From contig CAWHEP010000010.1 in NCBI GenBank assembly GCA_963828525.1, positions 224,001 to 288,000 of the forward strand: 64,000 nucleotides of DNA. The letters run 5' to 3'. Each line of letters opens with the position of its first letter. Positions within the stretch are counted from its first letter, which is position 1. The notes beneath the pieces were generated by a model. That model was not told where the DNA came from. It saw only the letters and a program-made list of their open reading frames with translations, and did not search any database. Shown piece by piece: positions 45,017 to 57,700 of this stretch. This DNA comes from an uncultured Verrucomicrobiae bacterium (lineage in GTDB: Bacteria > Verrucomicrobiota > Verrucomicrobiia > Chthoniobacterales > Chthoniobacteraceae). The position numbers and the translations under genes are program-made.

Positions 45017-47027
45017 TTTTTTTCGTTCACCCGTTGATCGTGCTGTTCCCGGACATTAGCCCAGTAGGAGAAGGTGTTTGCGAACTCGGGGCTGCTTGTC
45101 CATTGACCATACTGTTCCTTTGTGAGAATCGCCTTGAGAGCAGGCTCGGGGATCGCGGAAATGGGGAGATACATGCTGTAGTATTGCAGGTACCAAGGAG
45201 AACTGGAGAAATAGCTCTGGATGTCCGTCTCGTAATCTTTGAGAGCGGCATTTACGAGAGGCTGTAGCTTTTGAATCTGTCCGGGGGAGCAATACACTTT
45301 GCGCGCAAACTCGGTGAGGATTAAAAGACCGACGGCGCTGGCGCGATACTGCTGACGGGCTTCGATTTCTTTTTGCCAGAGATCGAGTTGAGGCTTCGTG
45401 AGTTCGGCATTCAGGGTCGTTTGCCAAAGAGAGCTTTTCTCGGGCGGCTCCAAATTGCGACCGGAGTAGTAGCTCTCGAAGATGTAGTCCTGAATGCCAG
45501 ACAGGCGCTGGCGGATATTCATGGGAGTGATGGATGTGAGATTCATTCTTACCGCCTGTTCGACATTGATCCGCCAGGTCCCAAGGCTTCTTTCAGCGGC
45601 CCCGCGCGCCGCAGTTTGGAGGCGGGCCGTGGAAGGCGCGGGGAGTTTTGCAACGCGAGCGATGTCTTCCGCCCGGAGGACCATGTCATCGATCATGCCC
45701 TTGCGCTTTGGCAGAGATTTCTTCTGAAGGAAGTCGGAAATTTGCGACTCGACCATTTCGGGATCGGGAAGCGGCGCGCGCGGATCGTCGACTTCCGGCG
45801 CGGGAGGCGTGTCATCGGAAGGGGCGACCTGAGAGCATGCCGCCTTCCAATGCTGGCATTGGAGAGGAATCCAAGATTGGCGTCAGATCATGATCTGTGG
45901 CCGCGGACCCGGCATGCCAGAAAACTGTCTGGTTGATGTAGCCGGATTGCCCATCGGCATCCGGGCGGGGAACGCTGTTTTTCATAAGCCGGGTGGCAAT
46001 TGGCTCCAGAGATTGGCGTTGGGCGGCGGTGAAAGCCACCTTCTGGTCGAGTTCGGCGAGCATCATCTTCCCGAGCGCCGCGGCAGAACGCAGATCGCTG
46101 TCGGCGCGGGCGGTTTCCAAGGCTTTTAATTGGGCCGGAGAGAGAACCTTTGCCAGGCCTTCCTTCCAGAGTGGCTGCTGGTCAGGCGCTTCCGTCGCCG
46201 TAACGGGCACGTAGAACTGGCCTGTGTGGGTGACTTGCTTGCGCTGGGCTTGTGTCATGCCCCAGAAGCACTTTCTCGCCGCGCTTCCTCCATTCGCTCA
46301 TTGTCTTCTGAATAGCGGCTGTGGCGAGGGAGTCGAGCCGGGCGGCAGTGGGTTTATCGAGGACCAGAGCCGTCTTGATGGAAGCAGCTTTCTGGTGGAT
46401 CGCCGTTTTGTACTGGGCCCGGATGGCATCCTGGCTGGAATCGAGAAGGTTGGCGGTTTGCTTGAGGATGGCCGCAGCGCGATCACTCTTCGCTTTTTCC
46501 CACGCCGCAGCTTGAGAAGGAGTGAGGGTCTTCGCGAGAGCCTGTTTCCAGGTCGCGGTCTCGTCGGGGTGAACGTTCCCGGCGACCATCTGATCCAGGT
46601 AGTCCATCGGGCCTCCGTCCCCTAACTGGTCAATCTGCGACATAACCTGGGTGAGCACCTGCACCGCTTGGGAACCAGCCGCGGGTAGATCCTGCCGGAA
46701 GAGTTCGTCGATCTTGACAGACCATAATTCCATCGATTCACCGATGGCTTTTTCGCGGGCTTCCTGGATCGGCTTTGCGGCACTCGCGCTGAGGCCGGTA
46801 ACTTTCTCGATCTCGGTGATCTCCGCGTCGAGGGTTTTCCCGAGCGCTTTGCGCTGAAGGGCCGAGATCTTCTCGACAATCTCCGCCAGTTTCTTCTCGA
46901 CGGCAGGAGTGAACAGGCGCTTCGCGGGTGGCGCTTCTGGTTGAGCGAGGGTTATTGGGAAGGGGGAGGCGAGGGCGATCAGGGCGAGCGCAAGCGAAGC
47001 AAGGCGGCGGGCGTGTACAGACTGCAC
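45013..47027 (-). CDS. secreted alpha-helical hypothetical protein, copy A; several indels
   Basis: ORFs 46182..47042, 45812..46258 and 45013..45756 are collinear with the intact paralog at 47263..49269. Confidence 0.8.
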
Positions 47028-47262
47028 GAGGGTCCGGCGCAAAGACGCGGAGCGACTGTGTTGGGTTGCGGGGGAAGATTGAGAGAGTGAAAGGATGGGC
47101 GGATTCTATCCGCAGAACGGCGCAGAATTAAACGCTGATTTTTTGGGATGGCGCGACGAGCGTTTTTCGTAGGTGGCCGGGCGGTTCCAGGCGCCCTCCG
47201 GGATGGTTGCGTCTGGAGGCCGCGTAGAGCAGGAGGACGAGAAAAAAGCGGAAGTTTTGATT

Positions 47263-49269
47263 CTATTGTTTGACCCGTTGATCGTGCTGTTCCTGGACAC
47301 CAACCCAGTTGGAGAGGGAGTTTGCGAAGTCGGCGCTGCTTGTCCATTGACCATACTGTTCCTTCGTGAGGATCGCCTTGAGAGCAGGCTTGGGGATAGC
47401 GGAAATGGGGATATCCATGCTGTAGTCTTGCAGGTACCAGGGAGAACCGGAGAAATTGCTCTGGATGTCCGGCTCAAATTCTCTGAGATCGGCGATTACG
47501 AAAGGCTCGAGCTTCTGGAGCTGTTCTTGGGAGCAGCACAGTTTCCGTCCAAACTCAGTGAGGATCAAAAGAGCGATGGCGCTGGCGCGATACTGCTGGC
47601 GGGCTTGTATTTCCTTTCGCCAGAGATCGAGTTGAGGCTTGGTGAGTTCGGCATTGAGCGCCGTTAGCCAAAGAGAGCTTTTCTCGGGCGGCTCCAAATT
47701 GCGACCGGAGTAGTAGCTCTCGAAGATATAGTCCTGGATGCCAGACAGGCGCAGGCGAATATTGGTGGGAGTGATGGACGTGAGATTGTTTCTCAGCGCC
47801 TGCTCGAAATTGATTCGGCAGGTAACAAAACTTCTTTCAGCGGCGCCGCGCGCCGCAGTTTGAAGGCGATCCGTAGAAGGCGCGGGTAGTTTTGCGGCGC
47901 GAGCGATGTCCTCCGCGCGGAGGACCATGTCATCGATCATGCCCTTGCGCTTCGGCAGAGATTTCTTCTGAAGAAAATCGGAAATTTGTGATTCGACCAT
48001 TTCGGGCTCGGGAGGCGGAGAGCGCGGATCCTCCACCTCGGGGGCGGGAGGCGTATCATCGGGAGGAGAGACTTGAGAGCATGCCTCCTTCCAATGCTTG
48101 CATTGTAGAGGATCCAGGATCGGCGTTAGATCATGATCGGTGGCAGCGGACCCGGCATGCCAGAAGACAGTCTGGTCGATGTCGCCGGATTGCTCATCGG
48201 CCTCGGGGCGGGGAGCGCTGGTTTTCATGAGCCGGGTGGCAATAGGCTCCAAAGATTGGCGTTGATTTGCGGTGAAAGCCACCTTCTGGTCGAGTTCGGC
48301 AAGCATCATCTTTCCGAGCACTGTGGCAGAGCGCAGATCGCTTTCGGCGCGGGCGGTTTCCAGCGCCTGCAACTGGGTCGGCGAGAGAACCGTTGCCAGA
48401 CCTTCCTTCCAGAGTGGCTGCTGGTCAGGCGCATCCCCTGGCGCAACGCGTATATAGAACCGGCGTCTGCGCATGACTTGCGCTCGTTCGGTCGGTGTCA
48501 TGCGCAGGAGCACTTTCTCACCGCGCCTCCTCCATTCGGCCATCGTCTTCTGAACAGCGGCAGTGGCAAGGGAGTCTAGCCGGTTCGCAGTGCACTTATC
48601 GAGGAGAAGGGCCGCCTTAATAAAAGCAGTTTTTTGACAAATGGCCGTTTCGTACACGACGCGCGTGGCGTCCTGGAGAGCCCCTAGCCGGTCGGCTGCT
48701 TCCTTGAGGATCGCGGCTGCGTGATCGCTCATCGCTTTCGCCCACGCAGCAGCCTGAGAAGGAGTGAAGGTCTTCGCGAGCGCTTGTTTCCAAGCTGCAG
48801 TCTCGTCCGGATAGAGGTAATCGGGGATCATCTGATCCGTGTAGTACATATTGGCCCCGCTTCCCAACTGACTAATTTCCGATGTGACCTCGGTCAGGAC
48901 CTGCATCGCTTGAGAGTCAGCCACGGGTAAACCTTGCCGGAAGGAATTCTCGAATTGGACCGACGTCTGCCCCATCGATTCACCGATAGCTTTTTCGCAG
49001 GCGGCTTGGATCGGCTCTGCGTCACTCGCGCTAAGGCCGGTGACTTTCTCAATCTCGGTGATCTCCGTATCGAGAGTTTTCCCGAGCGCCTTGCGCTGAA
49101 TGGCTGAAATCTTCTCGAGAACCACCGCTAGCTTCTTCTCAACGGCAGGAGAAAATAGACGCTTTGCTTGCGGGGCTTCTGATTGAGCGAGGGCTTTTGG
49201 GACGAGGGACCCGAGGGCAATCAGGGCAAGCGCAGTCGAAGCAAGGCGGCGGGAGCGACGAGACTTCAT
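47263..49269 (-). CDS. secreted alpha-helical hypothetical protein, copy B
   Basis: MKSRRSRRLASTALALIALG signal peptide; intact ORF; paralog of 45013..47027. Confidence 0.8.
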   Translation of the reverse strand: MKSRRSRRLASTALALIALGSLVPKALAQSEAPQAKRLFSPAVEKKLAVVLEKISAIQRKALGKTLDTEITEIEKVTGLSASDAEPIQAACEKAIGESMGQTSVQFENSFRQGLPVADSQAMQVLTEVTSEISQLGSGANMYYTDQMIPDYLYPDETAAWKQALAKTFTPSQAAAWAKAMSDHAAAILKEAADRLGALQDATRVVYETAICQKTAFIKAALLLDKCTANRLDSLATAAVQKTMAEWRRRGEKVLLRMTPTERAQVMRRRRFYIRVAPGDAPDQQPLWKEGLATVLSPTQLQALETARAESDLRSATVLGKMMLAELDQKVAFTANQRQSLEPIATRLMKTSAPRPEADEQSGDIDQTVFWHAGSAATDHDLTPILDPLQCKHWKEACSQVSPPDDTPPAPEVEDPRSPPPEPEMVESQISDFLQKKSLPKRKGMIDDMVLRAEDIARAAKLPAPSTDRLQTAARGAAERSFVTCRINFEQALRNNLTSITPTNIRLRLSGIQDYIFESYYSGRNLEPPEKSSLWLTALNAELTKPQLDLWRKEIQARQQYRASAIALLILTEFGRKLCCSQEQLQKLEPFVIADLREFEPDIQSNFSGSPWYLQDYSMDIPISAIPKPALKAILTKEQYGQWTSSADFANSLSNWVGVQEQHDQRVKQ

Positions 49270-49462
49270 GGGAGTTTGACGCAGAGACGCGGAGCGACTG
49301 TGTTGGGTTGTAAAGGGAAGGTCCAGGGAGTGAGAGGATGGGCAGATTCTATCCGTAGATCGGCGCAGAATTAAACCGCAGACTTTTGGGGGTGGCGCGC
49401 GAGTTCGGGATTTATCGCTGTTTAGGCTCGCGGGGAGAAGCGAAGGGCGCAAAAGTCTTTGG

Positions 49463-51130
49463 GTGAAAGAGAATTTGAGGGACAGCCCTGGCGTCGCCTC
49501 GGCGAGGTTGTCGAAGGCCGAGAACGCCCTGTTTTTTCTGGGGCTAGCGGCACTGCTTACCTTGCAGTGTATTCTTTTTCGGAATTCCGGGGCTCTGTGG
49601 AGGGATGAGATTCATAGCGTGGTGCTTGCCCGGATGCCGCACTGGACGACGATGTTCGCGTCGCTCTATGTGGATTCATTTCCGGCGCTCTGGGTCACTC
49701 TTCTGAGACTTTGGATCGTGGTGAGTTCATCGGAGGAATGGCTGCGAGCCATCGGGCCTCTGATGTACGTGGCGGCGCTAACCGCGCTATGGGTCGGCGC
49801 GCGCTGGAGCGGGGCGCGGGTTCCCATCCTCGCGCTGGCTTTTGTCGGGTTCAATCCCGCGATCTTCTATTATGGGAGCTCGCTTCGAGCTTACGGGCTG
49901 GCTTTGGGGCTGATCCTCCTGCTGTTTGGCGCAGTATGGCGGATGACGGAATCACCCCGGTGGCAAACGACTTTCGGCGCGGGGGCGCTGGCGATCTTGA
50001 GCGCGAACGCGAATTACCAGAATAGCTATCTCATCTTCGCGATCTGCGGCGCGGGGGCGTCGCTTTGCTTCGCGCGGGGTTTATGGCGGCGAGGTTTATC
50101 CGTTCTGGGTTGTGGCGTGGTGGCGGCCATTTCGCTGACGCCTTATCTGAATACGATCCGGCGGTTCACGGCGGGGGGCGTGATCCGGCAGAAAGTGATC
50201 ACGCCTGGCTCGTTGCTGATGGAGTTCTGCGAGGTGTTCGACTCGGCGCGGTGGATAATATTGCCAGCGATCTTGCTGTTGTTTGTGCTGCTTGCCTGCG
50301 CGTTCGCGCGCGGCTGGATCGTACGGAAGGGCGCGTGGCTTGATGAGCGGGGCGGGCGGGCGTCGTTTTACGGGTTGCTGGTGATTCTGCTCGCGGTTGC
50401 CACGCTTTACCGGTTTATGCTTGCGGCGGGGTTCCCAACATTTCCGTGGCATTACATCCCGTTCCTGGGCCTGGTGATGCTGGCGCTGGATACAGGGCTG
50501 GACGGAATCCTGGGAGCGGCTCCTCCGGCGCGAGTGGCCCGGCTGGCAATCGCGCTGGGGATCATGGTGGCAAGCGCCTGCCCGTGGGGCCGGCTGGGGC
50601 CCGTGTGGACAGCGGCGCGCGTCCGAAGGACGAACATGGATCTCATCGCCAAAGACATCGCGGGGGTGGCGTCGCGCAACGATCTGGTGCTGGTGTCGCC
50701 ATTTTGGTATAGCTACTCGTTCAAGTATTACTACAAAGGCGGCGCGTCCTGGTCCACGCTGCCAATGGTGCCGCCCGAGCAGATCGATCTTGAGTATGAC
50801 TCGATGAAACCACTGATGGCGGAACGCGAGCCGCTCGCGCCCACGCTATCGCGCATCCGCGACACGTTGCGAGGAGGGGGACGGGTGTGGGTGGCGGGCC
50901 GACTGGCAGTCGGAGAGGCTGGCTCCACGCCGCCGACCATTTCGCCCGCGCCGGACCCGGTGTACGGCTGGGACAATGTGCAATATATGACTGTATGGAG
51001 TTTGCAGACATCGTCATATCTTTCCCGGCATGTCACGCGCTTGATTACGGGAGTAGAGGAGGGTGATCGCAACCCGGTAAACGCGCTGGAGCATGGTTGC
51101 ATCAGCATGGCTGAGGGATGGAGAGACTGA
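49463..51130 (+). CDS. GT-C fold membrane glycosyltransferase (GT39/PMT-like)
   Basis: LWRDE motif after TM1, EEWLR, LRAYGL, multiple TM helices, periplasmic C-domain. Confidence 0.7.
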   Translation: MKENLRDSPGVASARLSKAENALFFLGLAALLTLQCILFRNSGALWRDEIHSVVLARMPHWTTMFASLYVDSFPALWVTLLRLWIVVSSSEEWLRAIGPLMYVAALTALWVGARWSGARVPILALAFVGFNPAIFYYGSSLRAYGLALGLILLLFGAVWRMTESPRWQTTFGAGALAILSANANYQNSYLIFAICGAGASLCFARGLWRRGLSVLGCGVVAAISLTPYLNTIRRFTAGGVIRQKVITPGSLLMEFCEVFDSARWIILPAILLLFVLLACAFARGWIVRKGAWLDERGGRASFYGLLVILLAVATLYRFMLAAGFPTFPWHYIPFLGLVMLALDTGLDGILGAAPPARVARLAIALGIMVASACPWGRLGPVWTAARVRRTNMDLIAKDIAGVASRNDLVLVSPFWYSYSFKYYYKGGASWSTLPMVPPEQIDLEYDSMKPLMAEREPLAPTLSRIRDTLRGGGRVWVAGRLAVGEAGSTPPTISPAPDPVYGWDNVQYMTVWSLQTSSYLSRHVTRLITGVEEGDRNPVNALEHGCISMAEGWRD

Positions 51131-51292
51131 GCTTGTTCCCACGAGCTCCCTGGTTTCGCTCATAGCCTACGGCCAAATAAGCACGCTGGCGCGATTATCG
51201 GCTACCAGTGATCTGTCCACTTGTCTTAAATATTTTCCTCTACGCAAGATATTTGGAATAGCTTTGCTGGTTTCCCCGTCAATATCTCCGCT

Positions 51293-53998
51293 ATGAAATT
51301 ATACCCTCGCCTCTCCCTCTCGCTACTGGCCGTCGCTCTTGCCATTCCCGCCCAAGGCGGCACCATTTCCTATGTGGCGATCCCGCCCACGGGAAGCGAC
51401 GCCCAGTCGGGTATAAGCGCGGATACCGTTTATACAAGCGCCGTAGACGCGGGAAACGCAACAGGAACGGCCCGCGTGGTGAATGGGGTGACGTTTCAGC
51501 CGTTGGCAGGAAGTGACACGAGCGTGACTGTAAACGGGATCACGTTGAACGCGCTGAGCGGGACACTGGGAAATAACGGGACGACGGCCGCAAGCGTGAA
51601 GGCAGATGGATTCTCTGCTGGACGTGCTCTCGGACGCGACTTACAACCCTGGAGCCCAAGACAACTCGACGCAGGAGATTGTGATCGACCCGGCCACCCT
51701 GACACAGGGGCAGACGTATGATTTGCGGGTGTATATCTGCAATGGCTCGGGACAAGATCGCACGGTGGATCTGGCATTTGCCGGTGACAAACAGCCCGCC
51801 GTCGAAACGGGTTTTTTCAATGAGGATGACGCGACAAGCAGCCCCGGAGGATTCTCGGATCCCAACCAGGTTTACTATATCAATTATCGCTATAGCTGGG
51901 ACGGGGTGACCACACCGGGAGTGACGATCACGCAGAAGACAGGGGCAACTCCATTTCAACTGTACGCGGTAACAAATCAGCAGGCGGCAGCGGCTGTGTC
52001 GCATGTCCGGCACCCGGGACAGCGGAGTGTAGAAGAACCCGTCAAGGGAATAGAGGTTGTCTCCGAGGGGCAGTCGGATGTAGGCGTGGCGAGCGAGGAT
52101 TTCTACACCGCGCCGACTTTGCGCGAGCACGGCAGGTGGGTGGACGTGGAAGGCTATGGCAATTGCTGGCAACCAAACGACGTGGGCTCAGACTGGCGGC
52201 CCTATACACGCGGTCGCTGGGTCTATTCCGAGGATTGTGGATATACCTGGTCTTCGGATGAAGACTTCGGCTGGGCCACTTACCATTACGGACGCTGGGC
52301 GCGGGTGCGGGATGCGGGATGGTGCTGGGTACCGGGGAAAGTTTGGGCTCCAGCGTGGGTATCCTGGAGATCAAACGACTCTTACCAAGGCTGGGCTCCG
52401 TTGCCCCCTGTCGCGGCATTCAGCGTTGGCATCGGGATCAGCCGATGGGCGGACAGCTCCTATAATATCGGGCCCGACCAATATAACTTTGTCGCGGTCC
52501 GCGATTTCGGTTCGCCCCGATTAGGCGAGGCGATCATCCCCCGCGAGCAGAATACCACTATTGTTCAGAACACGACGAACATCACCAATATCGTCAACCG
52601 GAACCAGAACGTATATAACGGCGGCCCTAATATAACAACAATCAACCAAGCGATCACACGCGGCGGCGGCCAAGCGATTCCCACGGTGGTAGTCAATCGG
52701 CGCCAATCCGCCGCGCCGGGGCCGGGCGGTAGATTATCGCAACTAAGCGGCAAGACGTTGTCGCTTGCAGCGCCAGCCGTGGTGGCAGCGGCCAGGCCCG
52801 CTTCGGTGCCAATCGCGCAATCGTTCAAGGCAGCAGCGGTCGATCACGGCTGGAGCGGAGTGAAGGATCCGAAGGCGCGGCGGCGTTGAAGGCAAAGCTC
52901 GCAAGCGAAGCCCGCGCCGCTTCGCCACCGCCCCTGTCAAAGTTGGTCGTCCCTCCTGTCGCGCATGCGACGGCGGCGGCGAACCCCGCAGCGGTGGCGG
53001 GCGCGGCACACCCTGGAGCGGCGGCTGGGAGCATGCACCCGGGCCAATCGTTAAAGGGCGGGCCGCCGAAGATCATGGCTCCGACCGCAGGCAGAGCTCC
53101 GGCATCAGCGGCAAAGCACCCCGGGCAATCCGTTGGAGCGCCTGTCCCGCCAGCGTCTCCGGGCAACGCGGCGCCAGCGGGATTCCACCCTGGGCAGGCT
53201 GCTTCGGCGAATCCTGCCGCCACACCGATGTCAAAGGGCAAGCATCCCGGGCAATCCGTCGGAGCGCCTGTCCCGGCAACGTCTCCGGGGAACTCGGCGC
53301 CAGCGGGATTCCACCCAGGGCAGGCTGTCCCGGCAGGTCCCGCGGCGACACCGGCGTTGAAGGGCAAGCATCCGGGTCACCCCGCGGCGACACCGCCACC
53401 GCTCACACCCGCAGCGGAAGCCGAAGCGCTGCACCCGTCGTCCGCGCCGGAAGCCCCGGCTGCTCCGGTGGCAACGCCGCATTCCAAGCACCCAGGGCAG
53501 GCGGTGAAACCGCCAACGGAGGAGACGCCCAAATCTCCAGCGGGAATAGCGCCTGAACCTGCAGCACCGCCGGTGAAGCATGTCCCGCATCCGGGCAATG
53601 GAGTGGACCCCGCCGCAGCGGAAAAGGCTGCCGCAGCAAAACAGGAGCGGGCGGCGGCGGATAGTGCCGCAGCGGGTAAAGCGGCTGAGGCGCAAGCGGC
53701 TCGCCGTGAAGCTGCAGCTTCGGCCAAGCAGGAGCAAGCTTCACAGCAACACGCGGCAGCGGCCGCGAGACAGCAGGAGGCTTTACAGCAGCAGCACGCC
53801 GCTGCCGTCGCGAGACAACAGGAAGCTTCGCAGCAGCACGCGGCTGCGGCCCGGCAGGAGCAAGCGGCCGCGCAACATGAAGCGGCCAGCCAGGCAGCGG
53901 CTCGCCAGCATGAAGCTGCCGCCGCAGCGCAAGCCGCCACGAGGAAGCCTGAAGTTCACCCGGGTAAACCGGGCGAATCGCCCAAGCCGGGCCAATAA
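51293..53998 (+). CDS. secreted DUF6600 (YXWGXW-repeat) protein with Pro/Ala/HPG-rich tail; indels near 51610 and 52885
   Basis: Signal peptide; HGRWVDVEGYG, WRPYTRGRW, FGWATYHYGRW, WVPGKVWAPAWVSW, GWAPLPP; low-complexity tail. Confidence 0.82.
53114..53365 (+). repeat. 126-bp (42-aa) intragenic tandem repeat x2
   Basis: KHPGQSVGAPVP..SPGN.APAGFHPGQA..A.PAATP..KG twice. Confidence 0.85.
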
Positions 53999-54273
53999 GG
54001 GGGTTCAACCCCGGGGACCCGAAAGCGGTAGGGACTCGTGACTTCGTCGCGAGAACCTCTGCCGGGGAGATGAAGATTTGACAGCGCCCCGCCGGAGCCT
54101 CGGCCAGACTTGCCTACTCCCCCATATTGAGGAGTGGCAAGAGGTTTGAGACGACCGGAGTTAAGCGGAAGAGGCGGATTTAGGCGGTGTTGCCTAGGAG
54201 AGAAGCCCCTGGATCTGGGATAGGATCGCCGCGCTGAGACAAAGGCAGGGCTCTGCCTGTGGCATTGCATGCC

Positions 54274-54703
54274 TCACGAAAGAAAATTTCCGTCCGCATC
54301 CTGACGACAGTTATGATCTCAAGAAGCGCGATAAAGGCGACCACAGCCGGTGCTACAAATGTCCAGCAAAGAAACACTGAGACACAGAGTTCAGCGGTGC
54401 CTCGCTTGTGATACCCAGCATAAAAATTATGGATACCGAGCATCCCAAAGAAGATTCCTGGAATGATAAAGACACCGCGTGATTTCGCCGTCTTCACGAG
54501 CGTCACCAAGGGTGGCTTGCGAGAAGCTTCAATCACTCCCATGATGGGCATCAACGGACGCCATTCAGATTTGCCAAGCACAAGGAGATTGGCATCCGCA
54601 GTCACCAATCCAGTTTTCCACATCTCCGTGATCTGGCTGAACGTGAATGGCCCTCTCGCATCTTCCCCATTCTTCGATACTAGCAGATGGTATTTGAGTT
54701 CAT
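54274..54703 (-). CDS. GYF_2 (DUF4339)-like plus TM2-domain membrane protein; indels
   Basis: GPFTFSQITEMWKTG...LGKSEWRPL and KSRGVFII.GIFFGMLGIHNFYAG; start and stop inferred across indels. Confidence 0.7.
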
Positions 54704-54724
54704 TTTTGGTTCTCTTTTTCGATA

Positions 54725-57700
54725 TTAGCGCCTTGCGGAGTTCTCCAGCAGGCTGAAGTAGGAATCGAGTCCGGACTTGAACTCGTCGGGGAACTCCCTG
54801 CCGGCTTTCCCTGTGGCTTGGGCAACAGGGCGAAGGGTGGCAACGGCATCCGCGTCGGCTCCAGGGCCGAGATCTGCAAGAGCGGCGAAGGAAGCGGAGG
54901 CGGCATTGCCACCCTGTCCGGGAGTGGAACCACCACCCCCCCGCCTTTCGAGCCGGGGCGCTTTGCCTGAAGGAGCAATTCAATGGCTTCGGTCTCGGCG
55001 GCGATGGCGCGGCCACCTGTGTCGGGGGAACTCAGGATGTCGCGCGTTTCATCCATAACGGTGACCACGTCTGTGAGGAGATGAACTTCTTTGGCAAACT
55101 TTTCCGAGCCGCTGGGAAGGGCCAGGATGTCTTCGAGCGCGCTATGAGTGTGAGCGCCGATGTCCGCCTGGTTTGCCCCGAGAGCGGCGGCGTCGGACGC
55201 GTATTTTGCCTGCTCGATTGCCGCTTTGGAATTTTCCGTCTCGCGAGTCTGGTCGCGGAGTTTCATTTCATCGCGCAGCGCCTGCATGACCTTCAACACG
55301 ATCTCCGGCGGGAGGCTGTCGCCGCTGCAAGTGGAACTGGATTTGCAATTGCTGGCGGCGACGAGTTCCTCCGCCCATCGGTCGAGGGTATCGGCCCAGA
55401 ACTCGGAACCTGTGAGGGACTGGCCGGACAGGTTGGATGAGAGCTTGTCGCCATCGCGAGACAATGCGCGGACGATCTCCGTCTTCCGCATATCGGCGAG
55501 GATGGTCTTGAAACGACTGTCCTGTTTGCGCTGGAAGTAAGCGTCGAGGTCGCTCTGGATGACGCGGACGGCCTCGCTCTGATCGCGCGCGCGTTTGGCG
55601 ATAGCCTCGGCGGCTTTGCCAGGGTCGTGTTCGATGCCGAAGGCGTGGAGCGTCTGCTGGCTGATGTTCGTGGCAATGGTCATTTGCTGGCGGGAGGCCG
55701 CTTTGAAGCGCTTCACGAAAGTGCTGGCTTCGAGACTCCCGAGAATCTCGCTGAGCTGATCGGAAACTTTGGCAAACTCCGCAAGAAGGTCTTTTTGTTC
55801 AACAATCGCGGTATCCATTTTGGCTTGAGCTGGCGACTCGGGTGGCTTTACCGCGTCCTCGTCGCCTTTCTTTGCCGGAGCGGCAGCAAGCGTCGTGACA
55901 GGCAGGCGGAGTTTGCCCGTTCCGGGCGGTTTTGGGGCAGCGGCAGCGGTGGCAGGCTGCGCGGCCTGGGGTTTACCGAAACCGGCCTCCCGATCCGAAA
56001 TTCCGGGCGCCTTGGGCTTGGGAGTGGCGTTCGGATCGACGGCGGCAGCGGCAACCGCAGCTGTCGGGAGGGAGCCGCCTTTGCCGACGCTGAGACCGCT
56101 CCTGCCATCCCCGGGCTTCTGCATCGGCCCGGAATGATTTTGCGGCGGCTGTCCAGGCTGAGCAGGCGGCTGCGCTCCAGCAGCCAGCTTACCGGTCGCG
56201 GCTCCGGCGGTTTGCTTGAGAAGATCGGACACGCTGGGCATGCGAGTGGCTGCGATGTCTTTGAGGGACTTCAGCATGGTAGCCCAGGATTCAAGACGTT
56301 TGGCGTCGAACTCATCATTTTTGGCGGCCTGCTCGACAAGATTCCTGCCGGAGGCGGTGAGGCTATCAAGCCGGGCGGCATTCGCGTTTTCGGCGGAAGC
56401 CTGTTGCGCGACCCGGCGGCGATTTTCCGGCCTGTCGAGTTCCGCGGCGGAAAGCGCGCGCAGTTCCTTGTTTGTTTGATGAAGCTGCTGTTCGCGTTCG
56501 TAGCTTTCGCGGGCGGCGTCGAGCCACTTGCCAAACTGCGCGGTGAGCCATAGCGCGTGATCGGTCTTGTTCAAAACATGGAGCACGAAAGAAGCGGAGC
56601 GCGTATGAGGACGCCCTGGGAGATAGTCGGTCGTCCAGGCTGAGATTTGGATTGTCTGCGGGGCAACTCCCTCGCGAGTGGCGCAGAAGGTGGCGCGACC
56701 TTCCACGGTCTTTTTTTCCGGTCCACCTGCGGCTGAGATTTTGGAACCGGCGGCGGGAGGCGCGCCATCCTCGCCGGGAAGAGCGCCGACCCATTGCAAG
56801 CCGATCTGTTTGACGCCGAAATCGTCAGACGCGTTGACGTCGAAAGAAACGACTTCGGAGTCCAGCACGACGTCGTCCTGAGAATCGCGGCGGGCAATAA
56901 CCCTGGGGGCTTCGTCCTCGACTGCCCGAACTTTAAGGAGAAACGGGTCGCGCGGGGCAAGCCCATCCTGGTCGCGCCAGGTGAAGGCGCGATCCACGTC
57001 TGAAACGACGGGCAAGGAGGCCGTGAGAATATTTTCGTGATCGACGCGCTGGGGAGTTCCATCCAACTCGGCTTTCGCGAGGGAGCGGGTCGCCTTCGCC
57101 TCGAAAGCGGCGGAAGAGCCCTTCAGGAGGCTGACTGAACCGCCGCGCGCGTCGATGACCTGGTCCGACTTGTACTGGAGATAGGCGGGCAGTTTTTGCC
57201 GGACGAGCAACGCGGAAAGCTCAGGCCTGGCCTCAGGGACGACGGAGATGGTCTTGCGGACGTCACCGAGCACCAGCGAGAGCCTGGCATCCTGTTTTTG
57301 CGGCGGGAAGTTGAGGGTGTAAGCGCCCGAGGAAAGCTTCGCCGAAACCCACGGTTGATCGCCGATGCGGGCGGCTCCTTCCTCCGGGGACCAGAGGGTG
57401 TTCGCCTGCAGACGCACCGGGAGGGCAAAAGGCTCCGCGTAGGGAACGATGAGAGAGGGGGCGAGAGGCTGGAGGCGGGCAAAGGTGAAACGGTCATTAT
57501 GGCTGAGCGGTGACAGCCACCTCGCGAACGCGTTGCGAGCGGCGGCATTCACGGCTGAGAAAGCCACCAGGACGAGCACAACAACAGCGGCGGCGGCCCA
57601 GCCCCACTGGCGATGCCGAGGCTCCGGGACGGCATGAGTGAAATCATGGTCTTTTACGGCATCGGCTGCCTGCGCCATCGCTGCCTGGACGAGGCGCTCG

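Noticed and set aside
53231..54008. Cys/Ala-rich antisense ORFs and other long shadow ORFs (e.g. 6545..7522, 55627..56553)
   Set aside because: Antisense or out-of-frame shadows of real genes in high-GC DNA with no motifs
54000..54270. Structured ncRNA in the convergent intergenic gap
   Set aside because: Only short hairpins (ttgcctactcc...ggagtggcaa; gggttcaaccccggg); no recognisable family, so probably terminator or REP debris
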